Notes: generated by a model not told the origin, from the sequence alone. Counted from the first letter of the whole stretch, positions 24,488 through 37,407 are shown. The stretch: DNA of 59,640 nucleotides, filler included, from Basidiobolus ranarum (GCA_040143965.1; 12 parts of 12 records of this genome joined end to end with filler, not necessarily neighbours in it), one strand, 5' to 3'. Made by a program: numbers and translations.

Positions 24488-24667
24488 TTAGAATAAGATA
24501 TCCTCAAAAGTCCAATCGAAATCACGACGCAACAACTCCGACCATTGTTCACCGGAAAATCCTGTAGCATACATAGGAACTGGGGCGGTCTCCGAGATGG
24601 TGGTCAAGCAAAGCAACATGAAGACAAAGAGAACAAACAAAAGGAAGTTGAAGCGTGGATACATCAT
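24488..24667 (-). CDS. Short ORF (59 aa) with a signal-peptide-like N-terminus; small secreted protein or 5' end of a pseudogene
   Basis: Hand translation MMYPRFNFLLFVLFVFMLLCLTTISETAPVPMYATGFSGEQWSELLRRDFDWTFEDILF*. TATATAA lies ~125 bp upstream (~24791-24797, minus strand). Below the ORF-track length cutoff. Confidence 0.4.
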   Translation of the reverse strand: MMYPRFNFLLFVLFVFMLLCLTTISETAPVPMYATGFSGEQWSELLRRDFDWTFEDILF

Positions 24668-24938
24668 AGTTTTAGAGATAATTGATAAGAATATTTTAAA
24701 ATTTGTAGCCTATTTTGACTAATTACAGAAGTATTGAATATACAAAGGAACAACAACAAGTGCAAGGATTCTTTCAAAACGACAATGGACTTATATAGTG
24801 ATGAAAGGTGTCACACAACCTGTACAAGAGCAATCAGCNNNNNNNNNNNNNNNNNNNNNNNNNNNNNNNNNNNNNNNNNNNNTTAATTAATTAANNNNNN
24901 NNNNNNNNNNNNNNNNNNNNNNNNNNNNNNNNNNNNNN

Positions 24939-25940
24939 TCCAAACAGCCCATATTTTCCCAATACCCACTCCAATAGCATCCAATGTGCAGTCATCTCCC
25001 ATGAAAACCTTTCTAATTGGGATTTCTTCATATTCCATAAACCAATGTTTTTCATTTGTGAGATGTTAGGAAGCTCCAGAATCAGTATATAACATCTGCA
25101 AATCCTTGTTGGTAGCCATAGATAGAGCAGATACAAACAGGTAATCTTCTGTTGTAATCACATTTCCAGATTCAGTACATTTTCTTCTTTTGCCATTCTG
25201 TTAAAGTAATCTTTGCTGAAATGACCAGTTCTTTTAGAGCAATCACAGAATCTGTCACTTTTCTCCTTAAAGTGCTTTTGACCATTAAAGGAAGGTTTCC
25301 CATAGCCTATTAAAGCATTTTCTTCATTTTTTTTGGTTGGATCCTGATTTGCATGACCCTTCATCCAGTAGTTGGCCAAATATATAATTTAAGGACAAAT
25401 TTTAGTTCTTGACTCTAGTGCCTTTATTAGCCTCTGAAACCTGTATGGCAGGCTATTCAGGACTGTAACTATGATATCTTGATTGCTGGTAGGTACTGCA
25501 ACTCATTCCATTTCATCCACTAAGATAGTGACTCTGTTAACTAGTGATTTAGTGTCTTCTCCTGGCTTCATCTTCAAGTTAAAGAATTGTCTTCTTAGAA
25601 ACATCTTGTTGGCAGCAGAACTTGCTTGGTAGGTATCTTTCAAGGCTTTCCATACCTTCTTGGCCGTTTTAGCACTTGAATATTGAATCAGCAATTAGTC
25701 TTTGTCATCAAGACAAATTGTGTTAAATGCCCTTTGTTCTTTTTTAACCTGGTGTGAAACTTTGGTTTCAGATAGTTTTGCATTGTATTCTTCTCCTACA
25801 ACAGTGTCCCAAAGTCCTTTTTTGTGCTGCAGCATTTTCATTTTAATTTTCCAAACTTGATAATTGGTTCCATCTGTTTTTCAGAAGAGGGAAAAGTTCT
25901 ACAAATTTGAGAAGTAGACATTACAGAGAGTGCAAGCTTG
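24939..25940 (-). mobile_element. Degenerate Copia gag (UBN2-like region, zinc knuckle) and protease
   Basis: AKKVWKALKDTYQASSAANKMFLRRQFFNLKM; knuckle relic CDCSKRTGHFSKD; protease relic Y.DSGAS.H. Lies directly downstream of the LTR and PBS. Confidence 0.9.
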
Positions 25941-25952
25941 GGGCTCATAACC
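25941..25952 (-). promoter_or_regulatory. Primer-binding site GGTTATGAGCCC (copia/Ty5-type half-tRNA-iMet PBS)
   Basis: Immediately follows the LTR 3' end (...TTTAACA|GGTTATGAGCCCC on the minus strand). Confidence 0.85.
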
Positions 25953-26300
25953 TGTTAAAGTATCTGGGAGCCTGTTGGAAGTGGTTAAGAGAATTAAAGG
26001 AATTGGTGGTTTTCACTTATTTATTTATTGAGTAGCAAGTTGACATTCATATTTTTGTCAAGATGTAAACAAAAAGACATGTAGAATATGTTAAGGAAAG
26101 TCCCAGGAACCTGGGTACAAAGCTTGGGGCCTCTAGCACAAGTTTGAAAGCTCTATATATCTGAGAATTTCTAAGTTGGTAAGAATATTCAAAGTGAATT
26201 CCAATTGAGAATAATTGATATTATCTTAGTACGTTATAAGATAACTAAGTACAAAGCTATATATGACTATATAGGTGTTTAGGCAATGTTAATTTCAACA
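25953..26300 (-). repeat. Copia 5' LTR family A (348 bp)
   Basis: TGTTGAAA...TTTAACA followed by PBS and gag. Homologous to 1589-2125 and 54777-54921. Confidence 0.9.
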
Positions 26301-26309
26301 ACAACATCC

Positions 26310-26960
26310 TTTTAATTCAAGCAATTTCATCATATATATATATAAAAAGTCTCAATAAAACGCTTGTGTAGCCATCTTGCATGGATTTGGATCAATCAAT
26401 TTACATTCTCATCCAATTAGAAGCTTACATGTTTGAATGAAAATATGCTAATCTGGAAATGGTGCATCAGGCAATCCTCATCAAGTCTACTCTACTGCAG
26501 ATTGATCATTCACAGAGTGCTATGGCTTGGGACCAGTATGCTGAAACTAAAGCTCTTTCATAATGCACAAACCATGGTGCTCAAATGAAGATTGGGATAT
26601 TGTATGAGTGAGAGATCAATGAATGGCCTATAAACATGCAACTGTCACAGTTATGCCTTTAATTTAGTAAGTCACAATATAAATTGTTGGTTGTTATACA
26701 TTCAAAAATTGATGAGTTACAAATCAGGGTATGAACTTTCTTTATCAGTTACTCAAAATTTTAATTTGGCAATACTAAATTGGGCAATTTGGTACAAACT
26801 GGCCCAAAATTTCCAAACAAATCAATGTTTCTGATTGTTGTGGCATGGCACAATATTGCTCCTTATAGTGTCTGATTGTATATCGTAGGACCAGGTGATG
26901 GTAACTGAAAGATTGTGTGTTAACAGGCTAGATAAAGCAGCACAATCTGACCTGGTTCAA
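26310..26960 (+). repeat. Family Y fragment
   Basis: Collinear with ~40840-41500 (CTCATCCAATTAGAAGCTTACATG, TTCATAATGCA, TTAATTTGGCAATACT). Confidence 0.7.
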
Positions 26961-28110
26961 TGGAACAAATCTTTTATCAAAAGAAAAGAAGCTCTCTCTT
27001 TGTGTGGGTATCTTGAAGCTCTTGGGAAAGCAGAAATTGGAATCAAGATCATGAAAGTACATACTGATAATGATCAAGTATATACTTCAGCACTATTTAT
27101 TTACTTTTGCTAAGTTCATGACAGAGCTAACAGGACTATGATAGAAATGGCAAGATCCACAATATAGGCACACAATTTGCCTTGTAATTTTTGGATGGAA
27201 TCTGTTGCTACAGCTCTATATTTGAAGAATAGCAGTGATGCCAGAGAAGCTTGATTCAAAGTTAAAGTTAATGTCAAACATTTGCCAATCAATGAGAAAC
27301 ATTCAATATCCTGAAGAGAATTGTTGACCATTATGTCTGTTTCAGGCCAGAAAAGGTAAACCCATTTTATTGGCCTTATATTTGGTAGGCTTTATGATAG
27401 CACCAATGACTTTAAGACTTTGGTGAAAACCAAATCAAGCTCATCAGCCAAATTCAAAATAACTGATCTTGGCAAACTGAAGCACCATCTGGGAGTCCCA
27501 ATTAAGGTTGATGGGCTAACAATACAACAACTTTGAGCTAGTCTAAGTATATCCTAGATATATTTAAAAAGTTGAAAATGGAAGATTGTAATCAAGCATC
27601 TACCCTAATGGAGACAAATTGTGATTTGAAAAATATAGTTCAGAACAGATGCTCTTTGATACAAATGAAAGCCAGAAACTTCTTATCAATGAATGGTTAG
27701 TAAATTGATGTATGTCATGTTTGGAATATGGCCAGATATTGCATATTTGCTGGGTGTTATGTGGCAATATATTCAAAATTATGGATTTGATCAAATCATA
27801 TTAATGAAGTAAATTTATTATATTATAAAGCTACTGTTGATCTGTGCTTACTATACACATATTCTGGATGAAACTTGATGTGACAGAATATTCTGATGCA
27901 AATGGGAGAATTGGTTCTGAAGACAGGACTCTATATGATGATACTTGGTTCTTTGCTGTTATAGGCTATTTGGCTGAATTCAAAGAAGCACCCTACTGTA
28001 GGACTTTCAATAACAGAAGCTGATTACATAGCTTCATGTGAAGAAATAACAGAAGCAATGTGGCTAAGAACACTCTTAATAGGTTTAGGCTGATCTCAAA
28101 ATTCACTATG
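26961..28110 (+). mobile_element. Degenerate, internally deleted Copia INT/RT/RH
   Basis: HTDNDQVYTS, DRANRTMIEMARS, FKITDLGKL...LGV, EYSDAN and KKHPTVGLS.TEADYIA. Confidence 0.85.
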
Positions 28111-29467
28111 GTTTAGGGCTGATCAAATATATTGCTCACAATTCATGGTGGATCTGATTTCATATAGTAGAGTATCTCAAATAAATATGACACAATCAAT
28201 ACTTGGGAACCTCACAGATGGGATTGCGACCTCAAAACCTTCTAGATTTATGATCCAAGTGATCAGTATGCAGATATGTTTGTGTTAGGCTTTTAAATGA
28301 GGAATCAACAAGATTAAATATTCAGCAAAATAAAGCTGAATGGGTATTTTTTGGGGCTGAAAACATCCAGCAGGCTTGAATAATTGAGCCTTTAGTAGCC
28401 AGTCAATGTGCAGCAAGTATTGCTAAAGACCAGCCCTTGGAATCACAGATTAGAGAAAAATGATTTTAGATCCTTGGCTAAAATCCAAACAAATAAATCT
28501 AGTGATAGCCTATATTGAACATATATATGTGTTTGCCCTGTGAGTAATAGCTATTGAAGACTCAAAAATTAGGTGTTGTTTTGGGACCTTCTGAATATAT
28601 ATCAAACAAGAGAGATTGATTTTCCAGTGTTAAGCCAATCAATACAAAGAAAACACACTTCAGGGATGACTTTTTAGTAGATGCCACTGGTAATGATAAT
28701 GTAGTGCTAAATTCAGACCAAATTTTGACTATGCCTGCATCAAAGTTGGAACATATATACTTGTTATCAAATATGGCTAAGTCACTCTATCAGTGAGCAA
28801 GTAATTAAACCAGGACTAAATTCTATACTAAGCTAAGCTTAATGCACCATCATAGGTCAGAATAGTGCTATATTTGCAACTGAGCTCAAATACAGCTTGT
28901 TTCAGGATCAGTAGTAGATAATGTAAGTAAAATGTAACTGTATCAAAATTGCATGTGTCAACTTCATAGATAGCCTTTTTCAAACTCTGTAATTATTAAA
29001 TCCACTCAGGTTTATGCCTCATTCATTCTGATATATGTGACTTATGAAAAACAACCACTTAATTATTTGCAATGCTGTCAAGTTTATATAATGTTGGCTG
29101 AAAAAACCTATTAAATTTATCATGAGATATTTTGCCAGATATCTGTGAGAGCACTCTGGCATCTTGACTTTTGTAGTCCTCTGGTGGCAGAAGAACAAAA
29201 TTACATGTATCTGAATTCTTTTCAGTTGTTTGTTTTAAATACCTCCAAAACATCATGGACCCATATATAGATCATGTGATTATGTTCTCTAAGTGTTTTA
29301 TTATTGCTATGTATGCCAAATGTAAGGAAAACTTATCATAGAGTAGAATGCAAACCTCTTTTGAGCTGCAGCACCCAGTTGTAGGCTCAATACAACCAGT
29401 TATGATGCAATCTACAGAAACACACTAAAAGGTCCATTGCTTAGATTAGCTCTAATCCATCTACATT

Positions 29468-29732
29468 GGTGACAAACTAGCATTCAAGTGGTAATTATGT
29501 AAAATTTGAGCTACGTTTTTTGCACATGTGTTGATCCATAGTTCTCTGAGATTTTAGCCAATCATGTGCAACTTTTTTGCAAGATCTGGAAAATTCACTC
29601 CTGAAACTGAAAAAATTGATTAAAATCAAATCTAACTTGATGATTTTATGATGCTAAGTAAATGGTCAATCCCAAATGGATTAAAATTGTGATGGTTTTC
29701 CTACAATAACAATCCTCAAATTTCTATTAGGG
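29468..29732 (+). repeat. Family X terminal segment ending TAGGG
   Basis: Matches ~7876-8139. The flank 29733-29819 matches 51517-51603. Confidence 0.8.
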
Positions 29733-29919
29733 CCACAAGTAGATGTGTTATTGCTTGAATAGATTACCCCATGGCTAAAAAAATAATACTGTGTGTCTCC
29801 ATCTATCTCACCAAGAAGTNNNNNNNNNNNNNNNNNNNNNNNNNNNNNNNNNNNNNNNNNNNNTTAATTAATTAANNNNNNNNNNNNNNNNNNNNNNNNN
29901 NNNNNNNNNNNNNNNNNNN

Positions 29920-30876
29920 GAGCTGCTAAGAATATGGGATAATAACTACGCCAAGTACCTTTCAATTCATGACTCTAAACCTTCTGAGCCACCGGTAGCA
30001 AATGGAAGTGGATACGCAGACTTAAAGACGTTTCCATTTCCACGTCGCTCGTATGAAGCGCAAAACAGCAAACCAGTCGGATTAGTACTACCAATGGGTT
30101 CAATCACTTCCTCGTATTTACTTTCTGTAGTACCATGTGATATCCTCCATGCCCACATCGATTTGGATAATGAAGTGCTAGCTAGGGAGTACTTCTCCAC
30201 TATACTTCTGTGTGAAATCTTCTCACGTGCGGAAGGTCCATTATACACGCTGATTCGTGGTAACGGATATGCGTATGATGCCTCACTTTGCGTTTATTCC
30301 TGGGCTGGACAAATGGTATTTGAGATCAGAGATGCCGCTGACCCTGTCAAAGCTGTTCAGAGCTTCTGGGAACTATTGAAGAGAATGAGAGAGGACCCAC
30401 TAGAGTGGGAGAAGTTGGTGGGTGATTTCGAACTCGACACAGCTCGTGCCGGCATCGCCTATCGAAGCTGCATGGAAAGTGCTACGGCTGCGGGAGTAAT
30501 TGGTGCAGCATTGGGATGTTGCCTAAAGGTATGTTTATACAATTTAATGACCGTAACTCAATCATGGGTCTAATTTCACTCTGATTTCACATCTTTGTGA
30601 TGATAGGGATTCGGCTCACTCGAGACACAGGAAAAATACTTTAAAAAATATTTGTATTTGGTGGATAAAGAGGATCTAAGAAATTCTTTTGACAAGTATG
30701 TGACCAGATTCCTGGAACTCTCGGGTAATTCCATCACACTAGCCCTGACTCCATCTGACAACACTAAGTTAGTGTGTGAACAACTCTCTGAGGCTAACCC
30801 TGTGAGGATCAAGTTTGCCAGAGCCGCGATAGATGACTTTATGATTAATGATGTGGATCCCACTGAGGCTATTTAG
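29920..30876 (+). CDS. C-terminal part of an M16 (insulinase/pitrilysin-like) zinc metallopeptidase; exons <29920-30528 and 30607-30876
   Basis: Frame open from the contig start; M16C-like motif GPLYTLIRGNGYAY. Intron GTATGT...GATAG (30529-30606) joins ORFs 30094-30573 and 30652-30876 in frame. Confidence 0.75.
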
Positions 30877-31241
30877 TAAGCCTACTCCGCATGACTGCCA
30901 TATATAAGAGGAAAGAGATCATGTTCTATATCTTCATGTGTATGTCTTTATTTCTCATCCAATCTTTAGTCGTGTAAGGAATTTACTATGAGTAGTGCAA
31001 CATCTTCATACCAATTAAATTCCATCGAATTTTACGATGAACCTCCAATTTCTTTTCATAAGCGTTCGATGTTTTCAGGGGAACGAGTCAAAATCGGCTC
31101 AAGAGAAGTATGGTTCAGATGTCATGGTTTCATCATATAAACATGTGTTTATACATGTAGAATCCATGTCTCAAGTAGATAGGCTTCTTCTAATTCATGT
31201 GAGGTCTAGGTTGTCGTCGGACGACTAAACAAAAGATATTA

Positions 31242-32277
31242 TTACACACGAAACAACATTTTCATTTTGAGTAGTCGATTTACCAGTGAGTCGTCCGGTT
31301 CATCCAATCTAAAGGGGTAATATATCCAGCCCTTAGTTAGTTTAGGAATCAAAGGGAAAGAGAGAAATCAAGTACATACGGTTCACCTAACGACATTCTT
31401 AATTCCTTGACTCGTTGCTTAAGCTCTTGCTTTTGAGATAGTAATTGCTTTATGTATTCTACAGCTTGAGGAAATTCAAATGAATAAATCTCCATTTTTA
31501 GAACCTAGAGTAGACACAAACGTTACATTTTTGTAATATTGCTGATTCGCTTCGATGGCATTGCGAAAGTGTAGGAACAATGTCGACTAATTGTTCAAAT
31601 CCTATACGTATGTTTTGTCTCCTTTTTTGCTCCGATGCGATATGATTGGCCTTCTTCTCTTCCTCCGTAAGAAGCTCCTGGGTTACCTTTTTCCCTCTTC
31701 CAAGAGTTTTTACATCTTCTGTATTTGAAGATTCACCTGTAGGATCTGAGTTGTTCGTGGTACTCTTTCGTTTTTTAGTTCGACTCTTACTGGCTTCATT
31801 TACGTTGGAATTAGTCACTTTCATTTTTGGTTTGGAGGTAAATTTCTCTGGGAAAGAAGAATATTTGCACGAAAAAGTAGTTAGAAACCAGTGAAAGTAA
31901 AGAAGCAAGTACTGGTCCATATGAATACCTATTTCGACTTCTTCTTTTATAGAAGTGGGTTTTTTAGTAAGAGGCTGTTTAGTTCCAAGTTCTTCACCGT
32001 TATATTCGAATTGCTTTAAAAAGTCGTCGAAAGTTTTTTGGTCTTGTTTATCGAATAGAGGAGTATGTTGTTGACTAAATTCTGGAAAAGTAGTGACTGG
32101 TTTATTACTATCTAAAGTGTGGTTTGGTTATATGTGAACCAAGTTTAAGTCAATAAAAAATAAGTAAATAGGCATTAGTTTTAGCTAAAAATGACGTTTT
32201 GGTTTGGAGTTTTTTTTAAAAAAAAAAACTAAACTAGTATGAAAAATTAACTAACCTTTAGTGGATATACTATCCAT
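31242..32277 (-). CDS. bHLH(-zipper) transcription factor, fungal Ino4/Mlx-like, about 5 exons
   Basis: KKANHIASEQKRRQNIRIGFEQLVDIVPTL...SESAILQK|SVEYIKQLLSQKQELKQRVKEL. GT-AG introns traced from ATG at 32277 (MDSISTK|DSNKPVTTFPEF...). Terminal exons are less certain. Confidence 0.85.
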
Positions 32278-33837
32278 GTTCTCTCGTGTGATCACCGTAT
32301 TCTTGGAATCATCCCCACGTTGCATGCGTCTAACAAAATCGAGTTTTCAAAAAAAAACCTCAATATAATAATGAAGGTACAAGATATTATGAAAGAGAAA
32401 CTCTGTGCAAACTCTGATACTTTTATCAATATATCAAAAACCCAAAACTAAACTGTAAATAATCGATACTAAGAGACTAGCAAGGGACTGCTTTGTTTAA
32501 GAAAGGTGATTTGTGGCTGGATGGAGATGAGAGAGAGAGTATTTGTATCGAATCACATCTAAACTACAATTATCAATTTTTACTGTCCATCATTCCTATT
32601 CACGTGAATGGATGGGATATCTAAGCAATAATACTCATGTAACATACTAGCTTTGATATCATAGGCGATAACAACGATGTCTGTGTGTGATCACAGGTAT
32701 CGAGATGGAGTTGAATCCAATGTAAATAAATTGATTTTACTTCCAGCCGTTTTGTTGAAGAAACCAAGTTCTAGTCCTAATCCATCCACTTTTCACATGT
32801 AAATCACTCTTTTCATTGATAGAGAGTAGAATCTACATGGCTTTACTAACATATAGATCGCAACCGGCATCACATATATGTTGGGGGAGGATTTCTCTTA
32901 AATCCACATAGATGTGGAGGATTCACTCGAATTCGTCATTTCCAATATTTGCCGCTCGGGTGAATAGAATCTTGATGAGATGTAAGCAGATATACCTCGT
33001 TAATTTAATGAATGTAGAGGAAGGAAAACCGAAGTCATATATTTAATAAGAAGCAATACTGAGTTTTTAGTAACAAGACAAAATATAGTAAGATTTGATG
33101 CATAGTAAACATGAGATAGTCGATTAGTATTCATACATAAGATATTCATAACTTTCACATTCTTTTCCCTATATCAAGGATGATAAGAATCTGAAATCAT
33201 GAGAAAATGAGACGATTGATCAGCCCATTCAAAGTGAGCTGAAGAGCTTATATTCCTGGAGACTAAATCGGAATTATTAAAGTGAACGAATACATATACT
33301 AATAGCTCAAATATGAGGCAATCCAAAAGTTTGTTCTCGGCGAAAAGCGCATTCGTCCAAATGCAAGTACGGAGATAGTGGCAACTAGTTCATTGGAGAT
33401 AGCTTTGTAATTGATGTTTAGTGTTCGCTAGACTGTTCCGATTATAGTTGAGTTCCTCGAATGATGAGTCCGGTCATCTGTCAGAATGAGAATATCTATA
33501 AAATGTGGTAGATCTGTCGACAAGATGTCTCTCATAAAGACAGTCGAGAAAGCAATGTATATATATACAAGACATTATACTTGGGTGATAGAAATCGTAA
33601 AATGATAGAAAGTGAGAGAGGCTGCGATATTCTGAGGAAAAGAATAAAGGAATTGAATTATTTTGGGAGGGACGGCAAAAAATAAAGTGTAAAGTGAGGT
33701 GAATATCTAACAAGTACCAATAAGCAAGTAAGCAAAAACTAAATGAGATACAAAGGGTCTTAATAAGTAGAAGAGTAATTTTAGGGATAGAAATACTAAT
33801 TATAAAAACAAAATAAGAATGCAAGAATAAGAGGGTT

Positions 33838-34734
33838 TTAAGCGGGCATATGGCAATAAGTGAATGGGAAGGTATACTTACAAGTTGAGAAATTAGAGAA
33901 GTGATGTGATTGATGTATATTAGCAATGAACGGGTGCCAATAAGACCAGTAAAAACTCTCGGCATGATTATAATCATATGAAGATGAGCTCTCAGTGTTT
34001 ATCGCTGACCTTAACAACGTTTCCTGATAAGCTAGATGATCGCTCAAAGACTTCGACCATCCTTTCAACTCTCTGTGAGTTATGTTGAGATTAAATGAGA
34101 GAATAGTTAAGAATTCTTTCTCCATTATGTTGATTTCTTGAAGAGGGATTCCAGTCACTTCGGACCAAGTACGATTCGTAAAGGCATTATCGTCTAGATA
34201 TTTGTTTGCCAGCATAAGCGATACGGCAAACAATCTCCCTTCAGAGCTATCAGCCCCTTTCGTACAAGGGCTAGAGTTCTTGAATCTCTGAATGTATAAC
34301 AAGGCGAGAAGCACTACTGGTACTGAGACTTGAGAGGAAGATAGTACCTGGTAGCAAAACCCATGAAATGCAGGATCTGCGGGTTTCTCCAGCCGACCAG
34401 AATTAAAATGCCATATTGAGCATGCCATATCCGCGCAAAAATGAGCTAATCGACTGATATCAATGTTCATAGTTTGTTTTGATAAAACCGGAGATGGGTT
34501 ATGACTAAAAGGGCTTGGTTCGGGTACAAACGACTGCTTAGAAACCGAGTATCGACGAGAGGGAGGAAGAGAGAAAGAAGAATGATGAGAAAGATTTTGA
34601 TCGACGTAGGAGTAATAAGGCCAAGAAGGGAATAAAGGTGAAATGGCAAAGATGGAAGAATGATGGCTAAAGGCAGAAGTGAACATGAGCTGAGATGCCT
34701 TCATGGTTAAATTGAAGCCACGGCTGAGACCCAT
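33838..34734 (-). CDS. Pho80/PCL/Clg1-like cyclin
   Basis: 298-aa ORF with cyclin box VLLALLYIQRFK...RLFAVSLMLANKYLDDNAFTNRTWSEVTGIPLQEINIMEKEFL. True start uncertain (near contig end). Confidence 0.88.
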   Translation of the reverse strand: MGLSRGFNLTMKASQLMFTSAFSHHSSIFAISPLFPSWPYYSYVDQNLSHHSSFSLPPSRRYSVSKQSFVPEPSPFSHNPSPVLSKQTMNIDISRLAHFCADMACSIWHFNSGRLEKPADPAFHGFCYQVLSSSQVSVPVVLLALLYIQRFKNSSPCTKGADSSEGRLFAVSLMLANKYLDDNAFTNRTWSEVTGIPLQEINIMEKEFLTILSFNLNITHRELKGWSKSLSDHLAYQETLLRSAINTESSSSYDYNHAESFYWSYWHPFIANIHQSHHFSNFSTCKYTFPFTYCHMPA

Positions 34735-34897
34735 TGGCCACCCAACCTATGCTATATATATGCTCATTGAAATCCCAAAAACGAGAAGAAAAGGGATNNN
34801 NNNNNNNNNNNNNNNNNNNNNNNNNNNNNNNNNNNNNNNNNTTAATTAATTAANNNNNNNNNNNNNNNNNNNNNNNNNNNNNNNNNNNNNNNNNNNN

Positions 34898-35287
34898 TTT
34901 CTGTGTAGTCCTTAGAGGTGAAGGTGGTGACGATAACGTGGTATTGGAAGGGGACTGGACGCTTTGAACAGATAGTACTGGAGGCGAAGTTGTTGGAGTT
35001 GTATTTTCTATTGGAGAGTGTGGATGGGACGTCGTGAAAAATAAGGTACTTTCAGCGTCAAGAGTTTCCAGCTTGGGGTTTAAAAAAATACTTTCGTCGT
35101 CACTTTGTGGTAATAAGTAATCGATTATGAAATTGTCAGTGTCTCTGGGTGAACTGACAGCGGAATTAACAGTGGAAAAGAAAGGAGAATCAGTATTCTC
35201 AGATGATACTCTACGGAACAAGGATTCTGATTTGACACTGATCCTGTCCCGTTCAACTATATGCATAAGATCGGGATTCGAAGTCAT
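34898..35287 (-). CDS. N-terminus of an unknown Ser/Thr/Pro-rich protein, truncated by the contig end
   Basis: 130 open codons from ATG running into the spacer; CpG retained; low-complexity S/T/P composition. Confidence 0.55.
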
Positions 35288-37407
35288 TTAGGGAAAAGCA
35301 AAGGAAATGTCGAGCTGTAATATATTAGGTGCTCCTTCGTCAACGAGCTTCAGTTATCGTCTCACCACAAAATACTGCGTGTGGAGGCTTAAGAATGCCA
35401 ATGACTATAGTTGTAAGCCGGATGTATTATCTATTTGTGGAGAGGAGTAAGCGCTCTGTAGCAGCCCAACTTGGGAATCTCTTTATTCTGTACCTCTATA
35501 GGTAGCTGTCCAGAATAATAGTTTCTATATATCAAGTTTTGATACAAGAAACTCGCGTAATAAGCCAATTAGGCAGGCTTATGTATGGGTAAAGTATATA
35601 GATATCCACGTAATTTGAAAACAATTGAGATAGGCGATATATTGAAGTGAAATAGGTTGTGGATTTTGCTTGGTTTTAACGATAAACAAAACGTTGCGGT
35701 AAGTTTCAAAGTGATATTCAAGTACTTGGAGAGCGGACTGATAGCTAGTCAAATATAGGTTTTGCAACAGTATTTTTCAAATAGAGGACCCGAGTAAATA
35801 GACTTGTAAATGTGGAAAAGTCAAATTTTGATTTAGTAAAATGCTGTACCTCGGGAGCTGATTGGAAAACGAATGACACTACGTAGTAAATCTAGTCCGG
35901 GAATCAGTTGGGAGTGCTTGGAATGTGATTAAATGTTAGCAGCTAAAATTATACCTATAATTACTTTACTCTGCAATATAAGGCGCTCAAATCCATATGA
36001 GACGAAGAATCATAATTGTGGTTCGGTCTGGCCGGTTGGTTCTTAGAGTTTAGGTAGTGATAGGCTATTGATACCATTTCATAACGTGATCAGTATTTGG
36101 TAGTATGAGGTTGTTAATCTCGATTCTGATCAAAAATAGTACCTCTGCTTTTGTTCCAAGTAACCAGTGTCGTTCAATGGATGGTCAGTGAGTACCACCA
36201 GAAATACGTCTTAAGTCAAGCCTAGAAGACGCTTGCTGAAAGAAGATTATATTTCCTACTCAAATATATTCTTATATCATTGCTTATATATTAAAATGCT
36301 ACTGTAGATTTTACTTCAGGCGATGGCACTCATTTTTTCACAGAATAATACCGGTACGTACTACAAAGGTATCAATCAACCAGGTATTATAGCTAATATC
36401 ACTGCGTAAGTCGGTTACAAATCATTGATTTGTCTTCTTTGGCAAGCCTTATGTTTAAGCATACAGAAAGCTGAATATCCAGATTCACCCGATAATAACT
36501 ATAACTATCCAGTCAAGGTTGCTTGCTTCGGTATTATATGTAGGCTACTTATAAAAATGCATTTTCAGACACCTGAAAATAATTGCATAATAGAATCGGA
36601 AAGATGTTAATACACGTTCTAGAGCGCTTTAGTGAATTTGTGAGAATAAAGCAACAACTTGAAGCAGAGATTTATTGTATGCCTTTAGATAAACACGAGA
36701 TTCACTAGAAATGACCGGAGTTTTGCAAATATATGATACATTGTCTAGTTTAGCAATATTTGGTGAATTGTATTATGTGAGGCTTAGTGCAAATATTCCC
36801 ACGCAAAACAACAAATGAGCAACTTACGATTGAGGCTCAAGTTAACCCATCAAACGCTGATTCGTAAAGAATACACCCAATATCAGGGTGAATTTGAAAG
36901 TATGTGTTAGGAATTCTGGTGATATTCTTACTACCCAACGCCTATGCAACTTATTAGAGGTAGTTTTGAGATCCATATAATGTATACCGCGTTCACTGCA
37001 TGTTACAAATATTACTTGATATAGGTTGGGAAGCTACTCTGGATAAACCAATTGGATAGTCAGTCTATTTCAGAATATTCTACACAAAAACCAAGTTACT
37101 GACTAAATAGATAGCTCGATTCTACTTCGAATACATGCAATGTCCACCATGCTAAGCAATTCTGACGTAATGAATTTTGACTGCAAAATTTTGAGAACTT
37201 TGAATGTTTGTCAGGAAAAGCAGTATGTAATGTATGCCAAAATTCGCAATTTAATATATGCCAGTACTTTGCTCAATCTCATCCCATTCTAAGATATATT
37301 TGGATCGATCTTTTGGTATTTCCGTATGGCAATGATAAAGAACTGAATGGCTATATATGGTCGCTTCCCAATCTGATACAAGTGACCAAAGTACGAGATG
37401 AGAAAAG

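Noticed and set aside
29059-29256. ISHDKFNRF resembling an IS701-like transposase N-terminus
   Set aside because: I could not find the expected downstream DDT catalytic motif on the minus strand; probably chance similarity.
33474-33977. 167-aa hydrophobic ORF overlapping the cyclin 3' end
   Set aside because: Composition matches a pyrimidine-rich 3' UTR read as codons, and it overlaps the real CDS in another frame.
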